DNA of 64,000 bases from Nanobdellota archaeon (GTDB lineage: Archaea > Nanobdellota > Nanobdellia > Pacearchaeales > GW2011-AR1): NCBI GenBank assembly GCA_030648285.1, contig JAUSIC010000011.1, positions 1,513 through 65,512 of the forward strand, written 5' to 3'. The notes beneath the pieces were generated by a model. The model saw only the letters and a list, made by a program, of their open reading frames with translations. It was not told the origin of the DNA and searched no databases. The position numbers were made by a program, and so were the translations under genes. Of the stretch, positions 32,075-40,936 are shown piece by piece. The stretch's first letter is position 1, and the number at the start of each line of letters is the position of its first letter.

Positions 32075-32585
32075 CAAGCGAGAAGATATATTTAACATCT
32101 GTGTAAAAAGGAATTTCTTTTATCTTGAACAGCTTCATGCTAAAGAACCAAATTCCGACGACAAAAACAATACTTCCGATATACCAGAACAACAAATGAG
32201 CAAAATCAAACCATACTGCTCCTGAGATAAAAAGGGCACTTGAAACAATAATCCTAATTATATTCACTATAAAAAATAATAAAAAAGAAAACAACAAAAG
32301 CAATAATCTTTTCTTTATCTTGATGCTTGGAATTGAAAGATTAAAAATCAGCATCAAATAATAAGCAGAACCTGCAACACAAGCTTCAATTATTTCTATT
32401 GGAATTGAATTAACAAGAATTATGTTGCCCATTAACAAGGTATTTTCATAAAATAGCTTAAGAAAGAAATAAGAAACATAAACTGTCAAAGGAGTAAACA
32501 AGAAATAAAACAGCCAGAAATTTGGGGTTCCTGTTATTATCAGAATTAAATATCTTATAAGAATGCTCAATAAATTCTTTTTCAT
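32058..32585 (-). CDS. archaeosortase/exosortase family (pacearchaeosortase-like)
   Basis: Cys-Arg-His triad: 'IEIIEACVAG', 'NIIRI', 'FAHLLFW', multi-TM. Confidence 0.8.
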   Translation of the reverse strand: MKKNLLSILIRYLILIITGTPNFWLFYFLFTPLTVYVSYFFLKLFYENTLLMGNIILVNSIPIEIIEACVAGSAYYLMLIFNLSIPSIKIKKRLLLLLFSFLLFFIVNIIRIIVSSALFISGAVWFDFAHLLFWYIGSIVFVVGIWFFSMKLFKIKEIPFYTDVKYIFSLAKKKP

Positions 32586-32638
32586 TTATATTAAAACAAA
32601 AAGCTATTTAAATAATTTAATGTTAATATAAATATAAA

Positions 32639-33289
32639 ATGAAGAAGAAAAGATGGTTGATTTCAGTATTCTTGTTTGTCTTAATAACGGGAATAAGCCT
32701 GTATTTTGATACTGGATTCTCAAAATTAATTTCTTTGTTAAGAACAAGGTTTTTGGATAATATTTTTCTTGGAATAACTTTTGTAAGCTCAGAAATAATA
32801 ATATTTTTTATTCTCACAAGCCTTTTTTTATGGAAAGATAACAAAAGAAAGTGGATTGTTCCATTATGGTTTAGTCTTGCAGCTTCTGCTATTGTCAGTT
32901 TTTTCCTGAAAATTGCTGTGCAGAGAAACCGTCCTTTCCAATTAGGACTTGTTCCTGCTCTCACTGTGTTGCAGGAAGCAAGCTTTAACATCTGGAATTT
33001 TTCATTCCCTTCATTCCAAACAATGATGGCTTTTAGTGCTGTTCCTATTTTGTCAAGAGAATACCCAAGATTGAAATACTTCTGGATTGCATTCGCAGGA
33101 TTAATCGGGTTCTCTAGAATTTACTTTGGATTACATTTCCTTAGCGATGTTGTTATAGGAGGATTTTTAGGGTATCTGATAGGAATGTTTATTGTCCAGA
33201 AAGAAGAAGAAATAAAGTTTGGAGAAAAAATAGCAAGAATGGTTTTCAAGAAGAAAGTCAAGTATAAGTATAAGGAGAGGGAGAAATAA
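32639..33289 (+). CDS. PAP2 family phosphatase
   Basis: 'K...QRNRP', 'SFPS', 'SRIYFGLHFLSDV'. Confidence 0.88.
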   Translation: MKKKRWLISVFLFVLITGISLYFDTGFSKLISLLRTRFLDNIFLGITFVSSEIIIFFILTSLFLWKDNKRKWIVPLWFSLAASAIVSFFLKIAVQRNRPFQLGLVPALTVLQEASFNIWNFSFPSFQTMMAFSAVPILSREYPRLKYFWIAFAGLIGFSRIYFGLHFLSDVVIGGFLGYLIGMFIVQKEEEIKFGEKIARMVFKKKVKYKYKEREK

Positions 33290-33307
33290 AAATTTAATAG
33301 AGAAAAA

Positions 33308-33447
33308 TTAATCTATACTGAAGTTCATTGACACTTTTTAATTCGTGAGTTCACTTGGACAAATGTTGGGGCGAAACTCGTGAACATCACTCACAACTTA
33401 TAACCAGTGTTTCTACATTAATATTATATCAATATTTGCGAAGCAAA
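33308..33447 (-). repeat. intergenic repeat family copy (reverse orientation)
   Basis: GTTCATTGACA (33323), GTTTCTACATTA, TTTGCGAAGCAAA. Confidence 0.75.
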
Positions 33448-33471
33448 CTATTTGTATCTATCCAGAAAGAA

Positions 33472-33756
33472 TTAATCTTTTTTATTCGGTTCAAATAAAG
33501 CGTCACCTTGCCAATATTTTTCTTCATCATCTTTTGTTCTAAACCACAGGGTTCTGCTATCTGAAGAAGAATAAAGTATCTTTGCATCAGGATAATTTGC
33601 TATAGTTTTTCCTCCAGAATAAAGAGTTACATTTCCTTTTTTTCCAACAAGAGTTTTGTAACCGAAGGTTTGTTCTTTCATTAGATTTACAACACCACAA
33701 CTTGTTAATGTTAACAATGCTAATCCTGTTAAACCTAATTTAGTTCTTGTTTTCAT
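33472..33756 (-). CDS. putative lipoprotein
   Basis: Lipobox-like 'LLTLTSC'. Confidence 0.55.
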   Translation of the reverse strand: MKTRTKLGLTGLALLTLTSCGVVNLMKEQTFGYKTLVGKKGNVTLYSGGKTIANYPDAKILYSSSDSRTLWFRTKDDEEKYWQGDALFEPNKKD

Positions 33757-33766
33757 TTTATCAGAA

Positions 33767-35380
33767 TTATTTCTTCACTAATCTCACTGCTACTAAGATA
33801 ATTATCAAAACCAAAACTATATTCAATGCTCCTATTGCCCATACATACCAGTTGCTATTTCCGATTACAGAACCTGTTCCTGGAAACAAACTGAATCCTG
33901 GTTTTTCTACTGTTACTTCAACAGGCTGAGGAATAACTTTACTATCTTTGTCTGTCAAATCCAAGTTAAATGTTTTCTTTCCTGAAGCATCTGAGTTTAC
34001 CAAGAATGTCAATTCAACTTCTGCACTATCTCCTGCTCCAAGTACTAATGTATCTGGAGAGAACTTTACTAATTTTGCCCAAGCGTCATATCCGCTTGAA
34101 CTTACTGTAAATGTTCTTGAAACAGTGTCTGTGTTTGTGACTGTAACTTTAACAGCCATTTCCTGTCCTGCTTTTCCACCTGATGTCAAGTCAGCTGATG
34201 TTATTAATTTAGCATCAAAGACACATGCACCACCTTGGATTTTAAGAGGAACGTTGAACTTTGATTCGTCATCATTGAACCCATTAGTATAAAGGTCATC
34301 ATTTTCATCATAAACCAAGAAAGTAATAGGATAACTTCCTTCCTGAGCATCTTGTGGAACATTGAATGTAAAATCCATTGTTGTGCTATCTAAAGAATCT
34401 ATATCTCCGATTTGAACTGTTTCATCAAGTCCAAGTTGAGAATTAATTATTTCAACATAAACATTATTCTGATTATCTGAACCTACATTTGAAATATCTG
34501 CTGTTATTTCTATCTGTGAACCGCAATTTACAAGTTCAGGAACCTGAATATTGCTTAGTATTACAAAATCATTTTCAAACTGCACGTCTATGCTTTCTGA
34601 ATCAATATCTGATGTTTTATTACTGCTGAACTCTTCATCTTCTCCTGTAACCCATGCATAAAATCGATAATTGCTGTTATCTGCATCAAACTTAGAAAGA
34701 CTATCTAAAATGAAATCAACTGTCAGAGACTTGTCATCTCCGTCGTTTAGACTAAAAGAACTTTCTTTTTCTTTAATTATCCATTTTCCTGCATCTATAT
34801 CATAAAGCCCATAATTCAATACTATACTTTTTATCTTATCTGCGCCGTCATTTGTCACATCTACTTTTGCACGAATTTCATCTAAAGGAAACCAAGATGT
34901 ATCTTCTCCAAATCCATTTTCAACATTAAGAGTATCTATGCTGACATCTAAATTATCTCCTAGGTTTTTATCCTGATTAGGAGAATTCATAAAATTAAGT
35001 GTTAAATTATCATTATTTGTTGCATTTCCAACTTCACTGATTACATAATTTGTTGAAAATGTTTTTCCAAAAACAAAAGCAGAATCAACAGGTATAGTAA
35101 TTGAAGCATTTATAGGTACACTGCTACTTGCAGGCACAATTACACTTCCTGTAGGGCTGAAGGTTACTGTAGCAGTATGTCCTTTGCCATCTGAGATTGT
35201 TTGTGAACTTAAAGAAACTGTTACTGGTGATGCAACACTATTAGAAATAGTGAAACTCACAACATCCCCAAACTGATTGAGAGTAATTGCATCTGTTGGA
35301 AGAGTAATTGCAGCGCTTACAGTGCTTACCATAAGCATTAATGCAAAAATACCAAAAATCAAAGTTATTTCTTTTTTCAT
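33767..35380 (-). CDS. putative S-layer/surface glycoprotein with Ig-like (CARDB-type) domains and C-terminal TM anchor
   Basis: Signal peptide, acidic beta-rich domains, C-terminal 'PGFSLFPGTGSVIG..TM..RLVKK'. Confidence 0.75.
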   Translation of the reverse strand: MKKEITLIFGIFALMLMVSTVSAAITLPTDAITLNQFGDVVSFTISNSVASPVTVSLSSQTISDGKGHTATVTFSPTGSVIVPASSSVPINASITIPVDSAFVFGKTFSTNYVISEVGNATNNDNLTLNFMNSPNQDKNLGDNLDVSIDTLNVENGFGEDTSWFPLDEIRAKVDVTNDGADKIKSIVLNYGLYDIDAGKWIIKEKESSFSLNDGDDKSLTVDFILDSLSKFDADNSNYRFYAWVTGEDEEFSSNKTSDIDSESIDVQFENDFVILSNIQVPELVNCGSQIEITADISNVGSDNQNNVYVEIINSQLGLDETVQIGDIDSLDSTTMDFTFNVPQDAQEGSYPITFLVYDENDDLYTNGFNDDESKFNVPLKIQGGACVFDAKLITSADLTSGGKAGQEMAVKVTVTNTDTVSRTFTVSSSGYDAWAKLVKFSPDTLVLGAGDSAEVELTFLVNSDASGKKTFNLDLTDKDSKVIPQPVEVTVEKPGFSLFPGTGSVIGNSNWYVWAIGALNIVLVLIIILVAVRLVKK

Positions 35381-35518
35381 CTGTATTCATTTTGGAGTTA
35401 AGGCGATTTATAAACATTCTCGCGTTAAGAAATATATTTTAAGAATTGTATTTTGAAAAAATATTCTTTAACAAAATTTATATATTTCAAGAACTATAGA
35501 ATTAAGTAAAAAAGGAAT

Positions 35519-35575
35519 ATGACAGAACTAACATTCAGCACAAATACAAAATCGGCACAGAGGTATTTTGCATAA
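35519..35575 (+). repeat. ATG-TAA leader repeat copy C (uORF MTELTFSTNTKSAQRYFA)
   Basis: Ends GAGGTATTTTGCATAATG, with the stop overlapping the next start. Confidence 0.85.
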
Positions 35576-35964
35576 TGATAACATCAAGAGAGAATTCAAT
35601 TGGTGCATGGGCATTTCTCATTGGGGTTATATTGGCTATCCTGATTGGGTTGTTGAGTGCAATTATATTGGATGTTGCTTCAATGAAAGTCTACAGTTCT
35701 ATTATTTATACTATTCTTGTAATCCTTGGATTGATTGTTGGATTTTCAATAAAAGTGGAAGGAAAAGACAGCCAGACATTCATGATAGCAGGAACAATAC
35801 TTGTTTTAGTCAGCAAGTTCGGAATGGAAAGTGTCACAAGTTCTCTTATAGGAATTGGAATAGGAGACATTGTTTCTTCAACATTCGCAGCACTTCTTAG
35901 CTTATTTGTACCTGCAACAATAATTGTAGCTATAAAGACTGTTTTCTCTATTGCGAAGGTTTAA
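35575..35964 (+). CDS. membrane protein
   Basis: 4 TM, 'IGAWAFLIGV..LGLIVG..FVPATIIVAIK'. Confidence 0.7.
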   Translation: MITSRENSIGAWAFLIGVILAILIGLLSAIILDVASMKVYSSIIYTILVILGLIVGFSIKVEGKDSQTFMIAGTILVLVSKFGMESVTSSLIGIGIGDIVSSTFAALLSLFVPATIIVAIKTVFSIAKV

Positions 35965-35986
35965 TTTAATTAATAGATAGGAAATG

Positions 35987-36080
35987 TTAATATGAAAATT
36001 GAAGTCTGTTGTCGCTATGTGAAACTTATAATTAACGTTTTTAGATTAACACTTTATTAAATATTGAGCGATAGCGAAAC
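35987..36080 (+). repeat. intergenic repeat family copy
   Basis: TTAATATGAAAATTGAAGTCTGTTGTCG ... GAGCGATAGCGA. Confidence 0.7.
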
Positions 36081-36099
36081 AAATTTTTGGTGGGCTCTA

Positions 36100-36732
36100 T
36101 TATCTTTTTTTAGAAATATCTCCCATATTAACAACACTCGCATCAAAATCTAATCTTGGACAAGCAGTATTAACCCAAGAACCTAAATTAAAGTTTTCAA
36201 ACTCACTTGGAGAAAGATTATTTCCTATTAATATATACGCCTTTTTGTTTTTCATTATTGAAGATTTTTTCAACTCCAAAGCTCTTTTCAGGTTTTCTTG
36301 TCCTGGTTTTGTTGAAACAAGAATTCCAACATTTTCTGAATTGAGAAATTTAAGATAAGCTGCTTTCTTTTTTGTTTTCAAAGATTCAATTTCTTTATCT
36401 GAAATTTCACTCATGCTATTATTATATAGCACATAAACAGGCAAGTTTGTTTCCATTGCCAGAGAAACAGCATGAAATCTTCCTGAACCTATTAATAATA
36501 TTGCTTTTGTTGATTTTTGAAAATTTGGCTTTGAACAACCTAAAACTTGAAGGAAAGAAGTTATTTCGTGGTTTCCATTGCTTGAAAGAATTTCTTTTAT
36601 TTCTTTAGCTGCATCTTGATATTGTATAGAATAAACTATTGCCAGATTTTTTGGAAGTTTTTTTGAAATTTCATCTATGGCTTTCTCGTTTACATTTGAT
36701 TTTATCTTTGCAGGAATGAATAAAGTTTTCAT
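36100..36732 (-). CDS. dph2: short diphthamide biosynthesis Dph2-like protein
   Basis: 'SIQY', 'QVLGC', 'GSGRFH', 'STKPGQ', 'NTACPRL'. Confidence 0.85.
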   Translation of the reverse strand: MKTLFIPAKIKSNVNEKAIDEISKKLPKNLAIVYSIQYQDAAKEIKEILSSNGNHEITSFLQVLGCSKPNFQKSTKAILLIGSGRFHAVSLAMETNLPVYVLYNNSMSEISDKEIESLKTKKKAAYLKFLNSENVGILVSTKPGQENLKRALELKKSSIMKNKKAYILIGNNLSPSEFENFNLGSWVNTACPRLDFDASVVNMGDISKKR

Positions 36733-36776
36733 AGAAAACTGAGAGAAATAAGGGTTTTAAAGCTTATCAATTAACT

Positions 36777-37091
36777 CTAAAAGTTAACTTCAAAACCTTC
36801 TGCTTTTAGTCTAGAGGCATATTCTATTTCTCTTAAGTTTAACTCGGGAGAACTTTCGACATAAGGACTATTCTTTTCATCTCTCCTATAGACTGTTACT
36901 GGAAGTCCAGGTCTTCTCTCAAAACCGAAAATACTTTTTATATAAATATTTAATAAAATCCTATTTCCATCAGGACTACGGTACATAGATACTACAGGAG
37001 GAAAACTACACTCTTTTTTAAATTTTTTAAAATAATCAATAAATTCCCTGAAATTTCCGGGTTGTCCACAAAGAATTTTTCTTAAACTCAT
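36777..37091 (-). CDS. hypothetical protein
   Basis: 104-aa ORF. Confidence 0.45.
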   Translation of the reverse strand: MSLRKILCGQPGNFREFIDYFKKFKKECSFPPVVSMYRSPDGNRILLNIYIKSIFGFERRPGLPVTVYRRDEKNSPYVESSPELNLREIEYASRLKAEGFEVNF

Positions 37092-37146
37092 TATTTTTTA
37101 GAGAATAATTATCTTTTAAGGATTATTGTTCTTTAATATATAAGAA

Positions 37147-37545
37147 TTAATCAAACTTGTTCTTTCTCTGTTGATCTTCTTTTGGCTTTGCAGGGTCTTT
37201 GTGTATTGCAGCGAAAGAAGGTGTAACAATCACCATGTTTTCTCCAAAACCAGCAATACTACCTTCAAGAGCATCTGCTGTTTTCTTGATTTTTGAAATT
37301 GCTCTCTTTAACTCAATAGAATCTTTTTGCCTTAATGGCTTTATATCAATAATTGCAATCACATATCCTTCTCTGATTGAATTAAGAACATCGTTAACAT
37401 CTTCATAAACTTTCAATGAGAATAACTTGACGAGAACCTTGTTGTCTTTTGTTGCTTCTTTTTCTAAATCTATTTCAAGATACTCTTCACCTGCTGTTTC
37501 ATCCTTAGGGGAAAACACCTTTTTTAATCTATCAAACGCTGCCAT
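37147..37545 (-). CDS. sepF: cell division protein SepF
   Basis: 'YEDVNDVLNSIREG..IIDI..L..ELKRAI..GSIAGFGEN.VIVTP'. Confidence 0.88.
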   Translation of the reverse strand: MAAFDRLKKVFSPKDETAGEEYLEIDLEKEATKDNKVLVKLFSLKVYEDVNDVLNSIREGYVIAIIDIKPLRQKDSIELKRAISKIKKTADALEGSIAGFGENMVIVTPSFAAIHKDPAKPKEDQQRKNKFD

Positions 37546-37654
37546 ATTAATTTTATAATTGGCGGATTTATAAATATTTCGTGACTATTTTATATATGAT
37601 TGAGTCGAGAGAGTGTCGAGGAGAATTGTATTAGAAAAAATAGTTGCTCATAAT

Positions 37655-37791
37655 TGTTCGCAACCCCACTCGATTTGGATTATCAGAAACTCGTGAAGTT
37701 GCTCATCGCAAGATTATATTATAACAATGTTAATCAAGAAACATTAGTTAAGTTGAACAATATTTACAAAAGGCTTCAATTATTCTATTAA
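37655..37791 (-). repeat. intergenic repeat family copy with insert-like segment
   Basis: Reverse of TTAATAGAATAATTGAAGCCTTTTGT, plus CAACCCCACTC..GATTATC..TCGTGAAGTTGCTC. Confidence 0.65.
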
Positions 37792-37831
37792 TATCTTCCT
37801 TAAAATATCAAATTTTACGAAGTGAACAAAA

Positions 37832-38155
37832 TTATTCCTCTCTCTTACCCAAAACTTCTTCTTTCAATACTTCAAGATTTTCTGAAAAAGAATTTTCCTG
37901 TTTTTCAATTGATTTAATTCTTAATTCAAGAAGTTTTTCCTTGTTTGACAAATCGTCGAGGACTTTTTTTTGGTCAGATTTTATCATCAGTTGCCCAATA
38001 ATCTTGAAAACATCCTCTTTTGCTTGTTCAATTTCTGTTTTTGAAGCCTGGGTTTCAGAAAGTTCCATCTGGAAAGCTTGTCTTTGGTAAGCCAAACTTT
38101 GCAAATTTTGTTCAAGAATTTGCATTTCTTCTATTTTTTGATTTTGTTCTTTCAT
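37832..38155 (-). CDS. pfdB: prefoldin beta subunit
   Basis: Coiled coils around 'VFKIIGQLMIK' hairpin, next to rpoP. Confidence 0.88.
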   Translation of the reverse strand: MKEQNQKIEEMQILEQNLQSLAYQRQAFQMELSETQASKTEIEQAKEDVFKIIGQLMIKSDQKKVLDDLSNKEKLLELRIKSIEKQENSFSENLEVLKEEVLGKREE

Positions 38156-38160
38156 TGAAT

Positions 38161-38298
38161 TTATTGTGCTTTTACTATTTTAGTCTTTGTTCTTGGCTTG
38201 TAGAAGATTTTGCTTCCACAATAAGGACAAACAAATCTCTTGTCAAGGTTAGCACTAGAGATTTTTTTCTCGCACTTGAAACATTTATATGTTGCCAT
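38161..38298 (-). CDS. rpoP: RNA polymerase subunit P (Rpo12), not in ORF track
   Basis: MATYKCFKCEKKISSANLDKRFVCPYCGSKIFYKPRTKTKIVKAQ zinc ribbon after rpl37ae. Confidence 0.9.
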   Translation of the reverse strand: MATYKCFKCEKKISSANLDKRFVCPYCGSKIFYKPRTKTKIVKAQ

Positions 38299-38299
38299 T

Positions 38300-38521
38300 T
38301 TATTTTTCTAAGTAAAATATATCTGAAGCAAATTTTTTATCGCATTTTTTGCATTTCCAAATTCCTTTTGATAATCTTTTAACTCCCATTTTTCCACAAT
38401 ATGGACACTTTTGCTTTACTCTTTGCTTTGATTCTATTTTCACTACGTTTGCTCTTACTGAACGTCCGTATCTTGCTCCGTATCTTCCTGATGATTTTGT
38501 TTTTTTTGATTTTGTTGTCAT
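38300..38521 (-). CDS. rpl37ae: 50S ribosomal protein eL43 (L37ae)
   Basis: 'GRYGARYG', 'CPYCGK..VKR...GIWKCKKC'. Confidence 0.95.
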   Translation of the reverse strand: MTTKSKKTKSSGRYGARYGRSVRANVVKIESKQRVKQKCPYCGKMGVKRLSKGIWKCKKCDKKFASDIFYLEK

Positions 38522-38536
38522 GTTATTTTATTTTAA

Positions 38537-38609
38537 TGGGGATACCCGGATTTGAACCGGGGTCGCGAGGTCCCAAACCTCGAAGGCTACCAGACTACCC
38601 CATATCCCC
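38537..38609 (-). tRNA. tRNA-Pro (TGG)
   Basis: GGGGATA...TATCCCC A, anticodon arm CGAGG-TTTGGGA-CCTCG. Confidence 0.95.
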
Positions 38610-38642
38610 TGTAATATTAAGGGTTTTGGGAAATTTATAAAG

Positions 38643-39353
38643 CTATTTCTTCGGCTTTTCTGTCTTCGAAGCAGGTTCTGCTTTTTCCTCCTTCTTCTCT
38701 GCAACAGGTGTTGTGGTTGCTGTTGTTCCTGCAGCAGTTGCAGCAGCTTCTTTTGCAGCCTCAGCAGCAGCTTGTTCCTGCTTCAAGGCTTTTTCCTGTT
38801 TAGCTTTCAATTCTGAAAAATAAGCATCCATTGATTCTTTTTTATCTTGAGGAGTTTGTGTTGATTCTGATTTTATTTCCTTGTCATATTTTCCTGCATC
38901 AATTTCTTTTTCAACTTCTGCTGGTGATTTGTTTTCAACCAACACACCAAGAGTCATGCATGTTCCTACAACACTTTTAACAGCTGCCTTCAAATTTTTT
39001 GCAAGAAGATTTTGATATTTCATTTTAGCGACAGAAATAACTTGCTCAATTGAAGCATTTGCAACCTGCATTTTCTTTTGTATTCCAGAACCTTTTTCTA
39101 TTTTCAATTCTCTTTTCAAAAGCTCTGAGACAGGAGGTGAAAAAACCTTAACATCAAATTTTTTTGTAGAAGGATTCACATCTAATTCAACAGGAACTTT
39201 TAATCCTTCGAATGATTTTGTTGCTTCGTTTACTGATTGTATTACTTGATTAAGATTTATTCCCATTGGACCAAGCTTCTGGCTAAGAGCCGGACCTGGC
39301 TTCATGCTTCCACCTTCGACTAAAAGTTTAACTTGCATCTTCTTCTCCTTCAC
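38643..39353 (-). CDS. rpl11: 50S ribosomal protein uL11 with Ala/Glu/Lys-rich C-terminal extension
   Basis: 'GGSMKPGPALSQKLGP.GIN', 'PPVSELLK', 'GTCMTLGV'. Confidence 0.95.
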   Translation of the reverse strand: MKEKKMQVKLLVEGGSMKPGPALSQKLGPMGINLNQVIQSVNEATKSFEGLKVPVELDVNPSTKKFDVKVFSPPVSELLKRELKIEKGSGIQKKMQVANASIEQVISVAKMKYQNLLAKNLKAAVKSVVGTCMTLGVLVENKSPAEVEKEIDAGKYDKEIKSESTQTPQDKKESMDAYFSELKAKQEKALKQEQAAAEAAKEAAATAAGTTATTTPVAEKKEEKAEPASKTEKPKK

Positions 39354-39783
39354 GTCTTATGACTTTAACATTGTCTATTTTAACTGTAACTGGCAATGGA
39401 ACAACTGCTCCAAGCAAGCTTACTACTGCTTCTTCTTTCTGCTTGTCTACTCTTAAAACTTTTGCTTTTTCCTTTTTGAAAGGTTCTGCAAGAATTTCAA
39501 CAATATCTCCTTCCTTGATTGTAATTGTTGTTGCAGAAGGTTCAATCATGTTTTTTATTTCTTCATAAGTGATTGTCTTACCAATTATTCCTTTCACATA
39601 TGGAAGATTAAAAACAGATTCTTCTGCTGATTCCCTGTCTTCTGCTTCGAGAAGAATATATCCTCTTAATCCATGAGGACGAGAAATTGAAAAAACATTT
39701 AAGTTTTTCTTTACAGCTCTGTCATAAATCATATCGAGCGCTTTCTCTTCTTTGTTTGTTGTTACCTTAATAATAAATATCAT
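39328..39783 (-). CDS. spt5: transcription elongation factor Spt5
   Basis: NGN domain 'LRGYILLEA' plus KOW 'EGDIVEI..EPFK'. Confidence 0.93.
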   Translation of the reverse strand: MIFIIKVTTNKEEKALDMIYDRAVKKNLNVFSISRPHGLRGYILLEAEDRESAEESVFNLPYVKGIIGKTITYEEIKNMIEPSATTITIKEGDIVEILAEPFKKEKAKVLRVDKQKEEAVVSLLGAVVPLPVTVKIDNVKVIRREGEEDAS

Positions 39784-39873
39784 TTTATCTTTAGTTCCAT
39801 CTACGCCTCAATATTTGAGAAATAGATATAATTATTTGAAAATAAGGGTTTATAAAATTATTGATTTGTAAAA

Positions 39874-40665
39874 TCATTGATCAAATTTTTTATATTCTGG
39901 ATCAACAATCAATCCATTTTCCCTAACTTTTTTGCCTTTTAGGAATACACGTATCATAAAATCTATTTCCCCTGTATCTACATTTATTCTTCTCGTATAA
40001 GTATCAGTCATACCATAGTCTTTTCCATTAAGCCCAATATACAATCTTTGTGTATACTCTTTTGCAGATCTCTCGAGGATTATATTTTGATCATCATCCC
40101 ATTCATAAATTTTTAGCTTTTCTGGGTCTTCATCTCTTATTCTTTTAATATCCTCACCATTAGTATCCATCACATAAAGAGCAAACTTTCCATCTCTTTT
40201 AGAGGTAAATGCTATTCTCTCTTTATTAGGTGAAAGAGAAGGAAATACATCTATCCCCTGTCTATATGTTAACCTTCTTACCTTCCCATCATTAATAAAA
40301 ATTTCAAGATCCCCAGATTTAACATTATATTCATAAACATAAGGAATTTCTCCGTATTTTTTCCCAAGGGGTGAACTTTTTGGGGCAGTATATATTTCTT
40401 CATCTCTTTCCACTAACACTTTCTCTGTCTGTGGTGCTAATTGTGTTGAAACTATACTTTTTGTAACTTCTGCATTAAATACAGAACTAGGATTATTTGC
40501 AATTCTTACTGCTTTCTTATAAGCATCTGTTTCTCCTGTAACTGCTTCACTTGCTTGATTAGTTGTGCTATTAATTAATTTGTTAAGTAAATCGCAACCT
40601 GGAAGAAACAAACTTCCAACTGCAATTAATCCACTTAAAACAATATTTCCTAATGTTCTTCTCAT
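39874..40665 (-). CDS. lipoprotein-like protein with TolB/PD40 repeat
   Basis: Lipobox 'LFLPGC', 'PSLSPNKERIAFTSKRDG..LYVM'. Confidence 0.7.
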   Translation of the reverse strand: MRRTLGNIVLSGLIAVGSLFLPGCDLLNKLINSTTNQASEAVTGETDAYKKAVRIANNPSSVFNAEVTKSIVSTQLAPQTEKVLVERDEEIYTAPKSSPLGKKYGEIPYVYEYNVKSGDLEIFINDGKVRRLTYRQGIDVFPSLSPNKERIAFTSKRDGKFALYVMDTNGEDIKRIRDEDPEKLKIYEWDDDQNIILERSAKEYTQRLYIGLNGKDYGMTDTYTRRINVDTGEIDFMIRVFLKGKKVRENGLIVDPEYKKFDQ

Positions 40666-40722
40666 AATAATCTAACACTTCAATTCTTTATAAGTTTTTC
40701 TATTGTTGTCACTTATAAGTCG

Positions 40723-40905
40723 TTATTTAATAAACATCTTCATAAGAATAGATATAAGAAATCCAAAAAAACCAAGAATTAAAATTCCGATTGCAGAAAC
40801 TTTCGCAACCATTTGAAACTCTTTTCCTGTTGGCTTTTTCAACACAAGCCAGACTCTCTTGCATTTAGCTACAAAAGATTTGAGTTTAACCCATGAATTA
40901 TTCAT
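40723..40905 (-). CDS. secE: protein translocase SecE/Sec61-gamma
   Basis: 'RVWLVLKKPTGKEF..GILILGFFGF'. Confidence 0.93.
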   Translation of the reverse strand: MNNSWVKLKSFVAKCKRVWLVLKKPTGKEFQMVAKVSAIGILILGFFGFLISILMKMFIK

Positions 40906-40936
40906 GACTTAAAGAAATAGAGGGAGTTTTTAAGTT

